Numbered from the stretch's first letter, positions 32,898 to 47,601 are shown. The stretch is 64,000 nt of DNA from Eledone cirrhosa (GCA_964016885.1 OZ024755.1:15500001-15564000), one strand, 5' to 3'. Notes: generated by a model from the letters alone, not told the origin. Numbers and translations: made by a program.

Positions 32898-34840
32898 GTA
32901 TACATACTTGTCTATATACACATATATACATATACACATACATACATATATATACATATATATACATATATATATACATATATAATATACATATACACAT
33001 ACATATGTATATACATACATGTACATATACACATACATATGTATATACATACATGTACATATACACATAGATATATATATACATACATGTACATATACAC
33101 ATACATATGTATATACATACATGTACATATACACATAGATATATATACATACATGTACATATACATATACACATACATACATCTACAATTACACATACAT
33201 ATATATATGTACATACATATATATGTACATACATACATATATGTACATACATACATATATATACATACATACATATATATATGTACATACATATATATAT
33301 ATATATGTACATACATACATATATATATGTACATACATATATATATATACACATACATACATGTATACATACACATACATACATGTATACCTACACATAC
33401 ATACATGTATACATACATGTATATATACACATACACACATGTATATATACACATACATACATACATGTATATATACACATATATATATATATATATACAC
33501 ATACATACATATATGCACATATATATATATACACATACATACATATACACATATACATATATGCACATACATATATATATATACACATACATATATATAT
33601 ATACACATACATACATATACACATATATATATATATACACATACATACATATACATATATGCACATACATATATATATATATATACACACATACATACAT
33701 ATACACATATACATATATGCACATATATATATATATATATACACATACATACATATATATACATACATATATATGCATACATACATATATATGCATGCAT
33801 ACATATATATGCATGCATACATATATATGCATGCATACATATATATGCATGCATACATATATATGCATGCATACATATATATGCATGCATACATATATAT
33901 GCATGCATACATATATATGCATGCATACATATATATGCATGCATACATATATATGCATGCATACATATATATGCATGCATACATATATATGCATACATAC
34001 ATATATATGCATACATACATATATATGCATACATACATATGCATACATACATATGCATACATACATATGCATACATACATATATATGCATACATACATAT
34101 GCATACATACATGTATATGCATACATACATATGCATACATACATATATATGCATACATACATATATATGCATACATACATATATATGCATACATACATAT
34201 ATATGCATGCATACATATATATGCATGCATACATATATATGCATGCATACATATATATGCATACATACATATATATGCATGCATACATATATATGCATGC
34301 ATACATATATATGCATGCATACATATATATGCATGCATACATATATATGCATGCATACATATATATGCATACATATATATGCATACATACATATATATGC
34401 ATACATATATATATATGCATACATATATATATATACATACATACATATGCATACATACATACATATGCATACATACATATGCATACATACATATGCATAC
34501 ATACATATGCATACATACATATATATGCATGCATACATATATATGCATACATACATATATATGCATACATACATATATATGCATACATATATATGCATGC
34601 ATACATATATATGCATACATACATATATATGCATACATACATATATATGCATGCATACATATATATGCATGCATACATATATATGCATGCATACATATAT
34701 ATGCATACATACATATGCATACATACATATATATGCATACATGCATAGATATATACATACATAGATATATACATACATAGATATATACATACATAGATAT
34801 ATACATACATATACACATACGTACATATATACATATATAT
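32236..34840. repeat. Compound satellite: 12-bp TG-rich units, then TACA arrays and 18-bp atgcatgcatacatatat units
   Basis: Direct reading. Confidence 0.93.
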
Positions 34841-34859
34841 GCAGAAACAATGGAGCATT

Positions 34860-35866
34860 GGGCAAAATACAATGGGATATTTAAACCGTGTTTTTTTACG
34901 TTCTAAATTGCAAACCTATCGAGCTTAGCCTTGACTGTATTCCTTTCTAGGTAGACATAGACAAAGTTAAATACTAGTGAACTACTCGGGTCCATATGAT
35001 TGACCCCCCCCCCCTTCACAAATTGTTGCATCTGTCTAAATTAGAAATAATGATTTTCATTGTTAATGCCAGTGCACCCTTTATGATCTGATTTCAAATA
35101 CTGCCGAGGTTAACTTTATTTTATCGACCCCGTCAGGATGAAAGGCAAAGCACCAGTAACGTACTGGGGTGGGTTTAATCGACTTTCCCCTTCCCCAAAA
35201 TTGCTGGCCTTGTACTTATATAAGAAACAATTATTAATTGTTTCTACTATTGGCACAAGGCCAGAAAATTACCCAGTACATTACTGGTACTTTATTTTAT
35301 CGACCCCGTAAGGATGAAAGGCAAAGTTAACCTCGGCGGGATTTGAACTCAGAATGGCAAGGGCCGTAACTCTATGCGTCAAAGCATGGCGTCCGAACCT
35401 CTACCGATACTGCCAATCCACCGCCAATCCACAAACCATTATTAATGCCGGTGGATTAATAGTATCAGTAGAGCATCGGACACCATGCTTTGCAGCATAG
35501 AGTTACGGTCCGAGTTCAAATCCCACCGAGGTTAACTTTGCCTTTCATCCTTACGGGGCCGATAAAATAAAGTACCAGTCACACGCACTGGGGTCGATTT
35601 AATCGACTTTCCCCTCCCCCAAATTACTGGCCTTGTGCCTATACTAGAAATCATTATTAAGGGCGATGGATTGGCAGTATCTGTAGAGGGTCGGACGCCA
35701 TGCTTTGCAGAGTTACGGCCCTTTATTGTCCGAGTTCAAATCCCGCCGAGGTTAACTTTGCCTTTCATCCTTACGGGGTCGATAAAATAAAGTACCAGTA
35801 ATACACTGGTATAATTGCTGGCCTTGTGCCAATAGTAGAAACAATTATTAAGGGTGATGGATTGAC
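34860..35866. mobile_element. Cluster of about 5 family-1 tRNA-derived SINEs (+,+,-,+,+) plus the start of another
   Basis: A box tggcagtatcgg, B box gagttcaaatcc, core gttaactttgcctttcatccttacggggtcgataaaataaagtaccagt, tail ggccttgtgcc..agaaac.attatta. Minus copy about 35233-35425; plus copies about 35447-35658 and 35661-35850. Confidence 0.9.
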
Positions 35867-35989
35867 AATCTTAGCTTAATGTAAACACACGTACCTAAGA
35901 CGCTATGGAGTAGGACTGAACCTAAGGTCTATTACTACACAAACGTTCAACTCAGGAGACGAGAGCAACAGAGAACGTGACACTGCTTC

Positions 35990-36280
35990 AGTACTACTTT
36001 TACTACTACTACTACTACTACTACTATCAAGTAGTGGTGATGGAGTGGGTGTTTTTCGTGGTGGTGGTGGTTCCGGGCAGAACGTTGCTGTTGTTGCTGT
36101 TTATTGTTTTTCATGATGATGATGGTGATAGTAATGGTGGTGGTGAGGGTGGTTTTGAGGGCGTTGTTATTGCTGGTAGTGATGGTGAAGGTGGTTTTCG
36201 TGGTTGAGTTGTTAACGATCGTGGTGGTAGTGTTGACGGTGGTGGTGGTGGAGTTGTTGGTGCTGTTGACGGTGGTGGAA
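35990..36280. repeat. Trinucleotide low-complexity tract (tac/ggt/gtt/gat)
   Basis: Direct reading. Confidence 0.8.
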
Positions 36281-39200
36281 GGGGCTGTAGCAACAGTAAA
36301 TCGATTAGTAGATATATCTGCTATGTCCCTGACTACACCTACCGATATGGAATAGTTGTAACGCAGTAACTTGTGTCCAATCCATCTGTACAAATAACCA
36401 TAGCCCGTACAAATAATTAACTGTTGCTAACAGCAATGCTTTCTCGCTAATGTTTGAAAACAATTAATCTGCAGCATTGAATGCAAGATTAAACGGCAAT
36501 TATGTCCGTATATCTATAACGCAAACGCCTACCCTAACTAATATTATATGAGGATCACACTATTTACCCTTTCGACATATTCCCATCAGATAAACGCAAT
36601 CATCTCTCTCTCTCCACACATTACATATATATATATATAGTAATGATAATTATTACAGAGACCAAAATCTAGAGAGTACTCGATTTTGCGTCCACAGATT
36701 GATATTTCGCTGATTCAGTTCATCCCGGGTTCAATCGGGGGTAACCACAACATGTAAGGTACTCAATACATAGAGTATATATATACATATATATATGTAA
36801 AAAAGGTAAACAGAAATAACAACACAATCGGTACAGTATATGGAAGGGATATATTAGGTTAACGCTTGATATAGCAGTAAGAGGGTCACACACATATATA
36901 TATACGAGTAATAGTCGACTTCTCATTTTTTTGTTAAACATTTAGAATTCACTACAGACCACGTACAAAAGTCGATCATAGAATTTGGCGGATAACAAGT
37001 TAAGATGTATGGGTCAAGCTGTACGTAATAGTAACACTGTTAAAACGGCGTCATACATATAAGGGAAATTTATATTATTGCAAATACATGTCTGAAACTA
37101 AAATCTTACCCAAACATGTGTCTATCTTATTGTAGCTTGCTCTATAGCTGGAATGATCGGTTTTATAGCAATATGCTCGGCGCTTATAATAAAACACCAT
37201 AAAGCCGTTGATGGGTGCCACATCACCATTACTAAAATGTATTAGAGTAATTAGGAGATATATATTGATTGTACTAAGCTAGTCTGTTACGTTTGATGGA
37301 TACGAGTGAAAAAGTGTAAATAATCATAAAATCTACGTGACTTTGTTTATAGATTTTGTTATCAGTAACCAACTACACACGTGTGTTCCTCAGGAAAAAA
37401 CATTCAGTTTACTTTCTTTTCTTGCACTCATCTCTCTATTTCATCTTTCTATCTCTAGATAGAACACTAACGTCTAAAACTTTAAGACTATCTTCCCCTT
37501 ATACTAAGTGTTAAACTAATATCTTCACTGTTTTGGATTGTTCTACCGTGTTCGTTTTGAATTGTTCAGTTTTCTCGTGTGTGTTAGTGTGAATGAATGT
37601 TTGTATGTTTATGCGTATGTGTTTGTGTGTGAATGTAACTGTGTGTGAATGTAACCGTGTGTATGTACGAGTGTGTATATCTGTGTTTATACAATTTGTA
37701 TTTGCGTGTGTGTATAAGTGTGTGTGTATGCATATTTGAGTTTGTGTGTGTTTGTGTGAGTGTGTGTGTGTATTTATGCATATTTGTATTTGTGTATGCT
37801 TGTGAGCTTGTGTGTGTGTGGGGGGGGTGTAATTATGTGCGCGCACGCGCGTGTAACTATTAGCAGCATTTAGCTAACTACTTCCCCTTTTTGTAATTAG
37901 TTTCGCTTTCAAGGGTCACAAAAAGTTAATCAGGCCGTTTTATATTCACGGTCAACATCAAGTCATTTTCCTAACGGGCCCTAAAAAGTTCCATTAATTG
38001 ACCCTCAACAACATTCACCTCAATATCAAATACGTCAATGACAAATATTAAACAGAGTCACTACTGATATTTCCGCTATCAATCATTCAGCGTTTGATTT
38101 TTGTTTTGTTTTCTGTTTCTTTTTTGTTACTATTATATTATAATTTTTTTTTTATTTTCATATTTCCACAGTTGCACGATCCGGCCGTACTTTTGTAAAT
38201 AATAGATCGATTTAAAAGCAATTAGATGTTATGGGCCTAATTGTTTGCGAACATTTTGCAGTTGAAGCTGGTGGTCAAGAAATTGTCCATTAAATATAAT
38301 TCACCGCCCACTTCTATCTGGCAATCGGCAAAAGCAAAATGGCGTTTATCTCAAGAGGAAACAAACTATTAGTTATTTTTACTGGGAAGTTTTGATTTCA
38401 ACAGCATGGCTGCTTTTTTTATTATTTTGTTCCTATCCCATTCTGCACTGATATCTCTGCTAACCTAACATAAACCCGGATACACTATCAATGAAACACA
38501 CGCATTCGAACATCTGATCTTATAATTCATATAGAGAATAATTTCTCCCTCGATACCCAAGAGGCTGGCTACCTAGATTATGATGTGCATATGTATATAT
38601 ATAAAAAGAGACACACGCCCACATACATATTATATATATATATATATATATATATAACATACATACATATAACTATATTTATGTACGTGTGTCTATGTAG
38701 AGAGAGAGAGAGGGCGTTTATATGAATATATATATAGATATATTATAAGTGGTACTTGCCAGTACCTAATGAGAATATCAGACAGCGCTGTTTTAAGATT
38801 GGTTCATCTTACATCAGTGACACTCAACTCGTACTGCTATGGAAATATGCTAGAGACAATATAGAATTTTCATATACACGTATATTATGTTTAAACTTTG
38901 TCTTAATGCTACTGCCAATTAAGTTCGCACTATAAGTTATAATACAATGGGAATTCATTCATACCAAGTAAACATTTATGAATGCATTTGACTGATTTAT
39001 CATTAAATTGGGAGAATGAAATTCCTCTCTTACAGTTATCGAAGGAATCGTGTTCTGGACATTTTTAAAATAAGCAATACCCACTTCTATAAATACCTCC
39101 CTATATACACACATTGATGGAAATAGTAGCTGTTCTCGTGTTTGTCTTTAGATGTTTTTGCAAATACCTTCTCCATATTCACCTCTTGAAATATAACGTT

Positions 39201-40005
39201 ATTTTTTCCTTCTTATTTCTTTGATACTGTGTTTCCAACCAGCAAATAACACTATTAATCAGTGCCATGATGGAAGTATATTTAAAACTACGTGATGTTC
39301 ATAAAAAAGGCAAATTTAACAAGGAGGGATTGGTAGTAGTCTGGCCACCTTGTCCCATCTCTCTAGTCACAAGGAGAATAAAGAACGTGCTTAACTCTAT
39401 GGCAGATTACAGGAGAATATGGAAAATATATTAATTAAACTGAATAAATATTGAACCAAGCGAGTAAACTATGACTAACATTAAATACATGCAACTTAGA
39501 AATAAAATTAAAATGCAATTTGAAGCATAGACTCAACTTCGGCAATACGAGTGTGTTGTTAACAATATATATAATAAATATAAATATAAACATAAATATA
39601 TTAATTAGAAAACATAATATTTGTGATCTGAGAAATTGTATTAGAAAGAATATGCGAACGTCGGTGTTCTTTTATGAATAGCTGTTTTAATTTATATATT
39701 CATTTAATTATATTTCCTTTTATTTTTTTCAGTTTGTTTTTATAGTTTTAATTTTCAGGCATGTAGCCAGTAAAACTGGTAACACTGGAACCAAAAGGTT
39801 ACGTTGTTATACTTGGCCAAAAAGTAAAAAAAGCCTGAAAGCTTTTGGCACAAATGTGAAGCAATCTCTGAAGAGTTAACTCACGTTAAATTATTGGTTT
39901 CTTTATTTACTAGTAAGGATCAAAATTAATGCTCGTGTCAATTTGACATTCAAAGTATCCTACGCCTTATCAATATTGATTAAAGGTCTTTCTTTTACTT
40001 ACAGG

Positions 40006-40778
40006 TACGAAGTCTGTCGAAAATATATCCGACCTTATGTTGGGACAACAATTACGTTTTTGGTGGAGCTCAAGTGCTAATTCCCTTCAACATAAGCTCC
40101 TTTGGCCTGCACACATTTAGCTCAGCGATCATTACACTTTTCGAAGTACGTGTGAAATATTTCTTCCTGGTATGGCTCTCAGTTGTGCCGTCTCAGTTCA
40201 CATGATATCCTCACTGAGGATATCAAGGCGGACATATTTCAGTGGTATCTTCATTTTGGGGAACAACCGAAAGTCAGAAAGATCCTCATCTGGAGAGTAG
40301 AAAGCTGAGCTAATGAGCTAAGTGTGCTAGGTTGTATCACGAAGACGTCAGAAAACTTCCCGGTAGTACTGCTTTGTAACTGTGTTTCTGGTAAATAACC
40401 GTGATGTACAACGCTGCAGTAGTCGAAGAAAACAATCAACATCAACTAGATTTTGCTGCGCTCTTGAAGTACGTTTTCTATGATTGGCAAGCTGAGTGTC
40501 CCAACTTTGATGGTTAAGAGTTAGTTTCCGGATCATACCTACACAACTACGTCTCATGTCTAGTTAACGGAATTCTCAGGATCCTTGATAGCAGTATCAG
40601 GTGAAATGAAAATATGACGAATAAATTGTATAGCACCTTACTAGAAATCGACTGACGCATCCAGCAAGCTTGCCTAAAAGCACGCGGGTCCACTTTTGCG
40701 TACATTTGTATTTTTAACTCCATTACGTTCCGCGGGAAAGAATAAATATTTGGGGATACTTTTCCGAAAAACCTCATA
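40006..40778 (-). mobile_element. Internally deleted mariner (Tc1/mariner) remnant with both TIRs
   Basis: TA|cgaagtctgtcgaaaatatatcc at the left end and ggatacttttccgaaaaacctca|TA at the right. Minus strand gives ET*LCRYDPET (cf. ETWVYGYDPET), MLIVFFDYCSVVHH.YLP and TVTKQYYREV. Confidence 0.85.
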
Positions 40779-41907
40779 TGTATATTGGAAATCAAAAGTA
40801 ATAATCGATACTTCTGAATGATTATCTTCCAATCTGATAAACTTTGTAATCATACTGATATGAATTATTAGCAGTAACGTATGTTCCAATCTCTTCCATA
40901 TTTTTAAGTATGGCACATAAAATATATGCTTTAAAAGTGCATAAACTCAAATTCGACTTAATGATCTGATACAATATTTAATAGAATCCATATCTGGAGC
41001 CTATCTAGTCTAAAAGAAACACTAAAATCCATGTTCCAAAAGAGCTTCTATAAATAACTTTGCATAATGAACACAAATGATCTTTATCATTTTGGCATAT
41101 TGCTATTCTAGGTTGGAAATTAGTTGTATAAAATAATGAATATATTTTTTGAGAAGTATTTTCATTACAGAAAATGGAGTGACTTAAAACTGGAGAAATA
41201 GTGCCACATATTACATCTCAACATCCGAATCTTTCAGGGGATCGTTAGCCATATTCTTTGAAGTTTTCAAGCCATTTTTTGACCCCTTTGGATGGGAAAT
41301 TGGTAGAAATCGAAAGACTGGAGTCGTGGAATCATCAATCTTAACAATATGATCTAAGGGATTGTTTAAGTATCAATAATTTTACTTTTATACGAAGTAA
41401 AGAAAATAGAATTTTTCTGACATTATATTTAGTGTAACGTTAAAATTAACGTCCTCTTTTATATCAAAATAACATTTTACGACAGGTACACGCGGGGAGA
41501 ATGCATAGTTATTTCGTAAAATTACTCGTTAACAAATACATATGTTAGAGATCTCTATTGTGAAGGAGATAAAAAACAATTTGAAATCTGTTCTTTTATA
41601 GTTTCCGTGTAACTAATTTCACTCACAAGCCATTGATCACCCCGAAGCTATAGTAGGTAAACCCGAAACAACATTGCTGTGAAGCAATTTCCTTAACTAT
41701 ACGGCTCTGTCTACGCCTAATATCCAATTTTCTTTATTTTCAATTCTTATTTGGGGTTTTAACACTCCATCAGGAGCTGAAGAAATACTTTCCATCTTGG
41801 AAACTGTCAAATGATTATACTCAGGACTATAATATCGTTTAAAAAATAAATAAGTCATTTTACTATCTAATTACATGAAGCGATAAAAATTAAGAAAGCT
41901 ATTCCAA

Positions 41908-41940
<33 letters not shown>

Positions 41941-41979
41941 TACACATCATATGCGAAAATCTATATCAAGACTGAGGTG

Positions 41980-42094
41980 TAAGAAGAAAAAGAAGAAAAA
42001 GAAAAAAGAAAAATAAGAAAAAGAAAAAGAAAAAGAAGAAAAGGAAGAAAAAAAGAAAAAGAAGAAAAAGAAAAAGAAGAAAAAGAAGAAGAAG
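41980..42094. repeat. (GAA/GAAAAA)n purine tract
   Basis: Direct reading. Confidence 0.9.
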
Positions 42095-42867
42095 TAGATA
42101 CTTTATTTTCAATTTAAAATGTTTAGAAGAAGTACCGGAAGGTTATTAATTCTGGATTTTGAAGAGAAAATATTTTTGGGAGATGCATTACTATTAGATT
42201 TTCTGGTCACATAATTAACATGTTTAAATACGTGGAAAATATAGAATTTATATAATTGTGTTCTTGGAGATTAGTTCACAACTGGGTTGCACTATTCGCT
42301 CTCTTAAATTTTAGGTACAATGCTATGATACAATTCAATTATACAACCCTGAATTGCTCAAGGTGCCGTAGGGACGCCGTTTTTATATAGGGCGTTTCTC
42401 GGACATATACACGTGTTGGCGTCCATCCCTCCGCGTTTGAACGGAAGCCATGTCTTCCAGAGAAATAGAGAGAAAATGTGAGGACGAGAGATAAGCCAAG
42501 AATCGACCCCGGTACTTCTTCGAGCTCGAAAGTATGAACAACAAAATTAATCTGGTCGTATTTCACTTCAGAGTGACGAAGGCAGAAACGAATAGCGTAA
42601 AGCGTTCTATCTGACGTTTAAAATGTGTGGCCAATTCGTTTGGATTTTCACATCGATATTGAAAGTTCATTTCAAAATCATAAGGTACCGGGTTTGATCA
42701 CATTGCATTAAGAACAAGCGTCTTTTACCATAACCTCGGTCTGGGTTAAGCCTTGTGAGGTATGTTGGGTATAAATAAAATATTTTAAAGCTCACAAGAA
42801 GTTTTGCAACTACTCTGAATAGGTTTACCAATTTTATGGGAAGAGGAGTAAAGTTGATTAAACAGTG

Positions 42868-42990
42868 CATTACTGGTACTTTATTTTATGAACCCCTTAA
42901 GGATGAAAGGCAAAGGTAACCTGAGAGGGATTTGAACTCGGAATGCATTTATTTTCCGACGCTCTATCCATTCGGCCAAGTCATCGTCCT
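42868..42990 (-). mobile_element. Family-1 SINE, partial
   Basis: cattactggtactttatttt..aggatgaaaggcaaagg.aacct..gggatttgaactc. Confidence 0.8.
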
Positions 42991-43525
42991 TCTGTTTTAA
43001 AACAATAACAGCTATTCAACATTCCCTAATATTCATTTTATCATAAACTAATAAGATGTTCTAAAATTATTCTTCACCGTGTTATATGGACGCCATTAGT
43101 AAACAATTAGATGTTAATAGTCTACTGACATTTCTGTGTATGGTTCAATGACACCCCTTAATATGCTAACTGAGATGCAAAGAGATCCGGCCTCCCTGTA
43201 GTCTGTTTACATTAGAGAGGTAATCGTGCAATAAATGCTAGCAGTAGTCCTAATGGAAGAATTTGATAGAGAGGATATTAATTATGCTCTTGTACACATT
43301 TGGTATTATCACAGAATTTGTGCCTAGGCTAATTGTCATATTAATACGATGCTATATGGTATAGTTATTAATAAATGAGCAATCATTTGTGATTTTCTTT
43401 GTGCAGCTGATATCAATTGTTGTCTCTGATCAATTACATAGCCTTTATATGACCCTACGGCCACCGTCACTAACAACAACAATAATAAAACCACTACTAC
43501 TACTATATCCAATCATATTTTGCTG

Positions 43526-43617
43526 ACATTGCCTTTCATCCTTACGGGGTCGATAACATAAAGTACCAGTAATGCACTGGGTAATTGCTGGCCTTGTGCC
43601 AATAGTAGAAACAATTA
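43526..43617 (+). mobile_element. Family-1 SINE, 5'-truncated
   Basis: ttgcctttcatccttacggggtcgata..aagtaccagt..ggccttgtgccaatagtagaaacaatta. Confidence 0.88.
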
Positions 43618-46027
43618 ATTTCTAACTCAATCGTGTATTTCTACATTGTTCTGTGAATTGTGTCACCTAAACAATTCAAGTTAAATTTAAATATCTCTTA
43701 AATAGTTATGTTTTTCAAATAATTATTTCTACCATAAGCTTCGTTCAGAGAAAGAGAAATTATATTTAATTGCGAGCTTTTATATATACCTGGTTTCCTG
43801 AAAAGATTTAAGGAGATGTTGGTTAAAAGTAGTTTCAGCATGCCCAGTCATATTGCGAATCCAAGATTTTTTGAAGGGATTAAAACACAGTTCCGTAAAT
43901 AGGTGCATTTAATTTTCATTAGATGACAGCATGTAACTACGATTTACATATGAAACATTTCTCATAAGAGTGGCTGATATCATCCCTGAAGCTGCCATCT
44001 TGGTTATCTTTGAAACCTGTGAGCAATACTACAGCAGAATACATTCAAAATGCGATAGGTGAGATGATATCGTCTGATATTACTCCATCTTTTTCTAGGA
44101 GGTTTTCAAAGAAAGAGCCATTACAATTAGCCCATGATTTCATATATTCATTTAAATAACGCAGAAGAGCAACACATTTATCAGGATAATCCAATCTTAG
44201 TAAATTCATTCACAACATCTCCTTGTTGGGTAGGTTTAATACTTTATAGAGATCAATGCATCAGTGATGCAGTGTCATATTGTGTTCTGTACACTCATTT
44301 TGAAGGTGTCAGATACTAAATATCTATCCAATGTTACTTTTTTTATGCGGAGGTTCCACTGGAATTGCGGTAGGGTTGTTACGTCTGTGTATCAATTAAT
44401 CACTTCAGACTATTTCAAGAGATTGTCCCCCGACAATGAGAAATTTTTTGAAATTCAAATCCCGTAGCAAGCACATAAATTATAGTTATCGTCATTATTT
44501 AATTAATTACATCTCCAACGAATAAACATTATACAATTACGAGTGGCTATTTCAGTTAAGATCTCTACTTTGGTATTGAAATAAACAGCGTTTGACTATC
44601 AATACCTCTGTGGACAGAAACACGAGAGCGCTTGACTTCTACTGAACAGCAGTTTAGCCTGGAAACATGTAGAGGCAATCTTTAAAGATTTTGAGTGAAG
44701 ACAAAGTAGCAGAATGTTTTATGGTGTTTTTTAAATGTTCACATATAGATTGATATATCTAATATAGGTACAACTACAATTTATCTTATCTTTTATAATA
44801 TTTCATTAATCACTTCACTAATACAGGGGACAACTCCGAATATATTTTATTAGATCTTAGGTGGGTGGTAGATTGGAAGACTCGTTCGAACGTCAGGTAA
44901 AAGGCTTTGCAGCCTTTGAGCAGAGTCAACTTTGTCTTTCAATCTTAAAGAATCGCTAAAATAAACTACCAGTAAAGTACTGTAGTTGCTTTAATCGATT
45001 TCCAATCCATCAGCCTATTGAAATTTTGATTAAATTGTGAACTAGTATTACTAGATTACAGCAAACTAGAGCCGAATATATTACTAACATTGGGCGAATT
45101 ACGAGTGGGCGGCTAAAATTAGCATATTTCGAAAAGTAAAATACTGGACATTATTACTCAAAAGGTGCCAAATCGTTTCCTGGGTTTCACAACACCAACT
45201 TACATTTGACTTTCTTTAACAGAATCTATTCAGATTAAATATTCAAAAGACGAAAACTACACTTCGAGGATTACAAGTGATTTGTGGTTTATCCCGTTTT
45301 TGTCTCACATCATTTATGCGAACCTGTGATAAGATCATGAGTGCTCTTCTTACAACTTTTGTGAAGACTTACACATAAAGAAATAAAAACGCCAATTGGC
45401 AATAATTTGTTCCGAAATTCTCAAGAAAATGTCAATAAAGGCACCACACATAAATAAAGTTGCCATGTGATATATATAGTCTGGCATTATGTCTGACTAA
45501 AAAGGTCTTACTTAATGTGCAACATATTACTTCTTTGAAAATAAACTACATATTTATATGACTTCTGTCCTAATAAATCAATGATGAAATATTTTTTCTA
45601 CTTCTGGAAGACTGCTTTAGTTTTATATAAAACAGAAATATTCCCAGAAATCGTTCACGTTTCTGATTTGCAAAAGACAAAGTAGGACAAGAGAGGTTTC
45701 TTATGTAGTCTTTACAGCTTACAAAAATAAAGGAAAAAGTTTGCTCCAACCACACCTTACCAACTTAAAGAGAGAAGGAAACATACGTTCAAGAAAATAT
45801 AGTGCTTAGTACATTATTCATTAACAAAGATTGTATGATTACAGTTGGACTCTCTTTAAACATACGTCTTCTCAATTAGGATTTACTAGAGATTAAACAA
45901 CTGAAAATAACACAATTCTGCCAAAATATCGGCAGATGCTTTACTCTAGAACAGAGACCATTTAACATTTTTTTTTAACTCTAAACAAACCACTAGCTGC
46001 TGATCGAATCGTAGGTCAATTTAAAAC

Positions 46028-46265
46028 TGGCGGATTCCATCCCTTCTGCATGTCTGAACCCAGCCGATTTCTTCCAAACAAGAAGCGAGAAAGTGAGAAA
46101 ATGGAAATGGGAAAGAGTTATAGAAGAAGAATCGACACTGATACAGCGCTGGTGCATTTATATCGACCTCAAAAGTATGAATGACAAAGTTGACTTCGGC
46201 GAAATTCTCAGTTACAACAAAAAGCCGAAGCGATTACCGCAAAGCATTCCACCAGACATTCTAAA
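46028..46265 (-). mobile_element. Old family-1-related SINE with longer 3' tail
   Basis: atcgacc.c.aaagtatgaa.g.caaagttgact.cggcg. The tail segment ggcg..ccatccct.c.gc.t.tgaac is shared with about 42418-42640. Confidence 0.5.
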
Positions 46266-47126
46266 GACTTGCTATTTATTATGTTAAAAGCCATCAAATT
46301 TCCTAATATATATTATATTTGTTCGTTTAATTCATTTATTGCGATGCTTTAGGTTATTCTATATAGTTAATTATAAGAAGTGGAGGAATAAACACAAATA
46401 TGTGATATTGGATCTAGATAGAGTAGTGTGTATGTTATTTTTTCTTAGTGCTAATTTTGACGCCTCCTCTGTGAACCTCTTGACTATATAATGACAGGTG
46501 GGGGGGGGGGGGGCTCATTTTATATCTAGTAATGTAATTACGTTAATTAAGTAAATAAATTAGAAAGCTACATTACGGAATCCGTTCAGCTTCATGTATG
46601 TTAGAATGTTAAAGTTATTTTATGGATCAAATATTACAATTTATGCTTATATCTCATTTATACTTTAATGTTTAAACAAGTTTTTATATTTTCTTAGGCA
46701 ATTTAACAAAAGGTTAATCTATTGGGTTGATTTTTCTGGGTTTAATGTTGTGGGGGAGAAATATATTGCAATGCATTGTCTATTAACAAGAAAACACGTT
46801 CCGTCATTAGTGACAGCAATGAGGTTGAATGTTTTTAATTTATTGAAGTCTAAGATTAAAATGACATATATATGAGGATTATCAGATATATAAAGATTAA
46901 TGCAAATTAGAAATTTGCATTTTGATAAATGAAGTAATACATCTATGTATATATGTGTGTGAAAATGTCAGACATTACCGTTTCTGAGTAAGTTAACGTT
47001 AGGGAAGATGAATAACAACCTAGAAATACTAATATTTGGGGTTCTCATACGGCACACAAAATAGCAGTGACTTAAGCTTAGAAGATTCATACTAAGACTT
47101 ATTTATGTTTATTATACATAGAAATT

Positions 47127-47318
47127 GGGCGGTGGATTGGCAGTATCGGTAGAGGCTCGGACGCCATGCTTTGACGCATAGAGTTCCGGCCCTTGACATT
47201 CTGAGTTCAAATCCCGCCGAGGTTAACTTTGCCTTTCATTCTTACGGGGTCGATAAAATAAAGTACCAGTAAAGTACTGGGGTAATTGCTGGCCTTGTGC
47301 CAAAAGTAGAAACAATTA
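47127..47318 (+). mobile_element. Full-length young family-1 tRNA-derived SINE
   Basis: gggcggtggattggcagtatcggtagag..gagttcaaatcccgccgagg + core + tail; closely similar to other copies. Confidence 0.93.
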
Positions 47319-47376
47319 TATATAAAAATTGTAAATGCTTTCATATACGCAATTTTAGTGCTTGTTAAACACACAT

Positions 47377-47409
<33 letters not shown>

Positions 47410-47410
47410 C

Positions 47411-47601
47411 GAAAAGAGTTAGGAACCCGACGGCTGAGCTCCGGCCGTTTCGACAGCTAGATCCGAACTAGCTGTCGAAACGACCGGAGCTCAGCCGTCG
47501 GCGACCTGTTTCTTTTCCTATTACCCACTCTACTACCCTAAGTATCGACTACTCTGGTGCGTTATGGTCCACATGGTCCTTACCACACTTTCTTTGTTAT
47601 A
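47411..47601 (+). mobile_element. Palindrome-headed approx. 190-bp element, copy 1
   Basis: Arms 47427-47460 and 47468-47501 (33/34 match, weaker extension outward). Unique tail cctattacccactctac..ctaagtat.ga.tact.tggtgcgttatg.tccac.tggt.ccttaccaca..tt.gttata is shared with 55214-55410. Confidence 0.85.

Noticed and set aside
31718-34700. CRISPR-like regular repeats
   Set aside because: Pure tandem satellites without unique spacers, in animal DNA.
35947-36393. Thr/Gln/His-rich ORF
   Set aside because: Trinucleotide low-complexity tract.
36700-36730. Hammerhead-like gatga-actg(aat)cagc-gaaatatc on the minus strand
   Set aside because: CUGA is missing and there is no stem I pairing; too degenerate to call.
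47127-47222. tRNA gene (A and B boxes)
   Set aside because: No cloverleaf; it continues into a multicopy SINE core.
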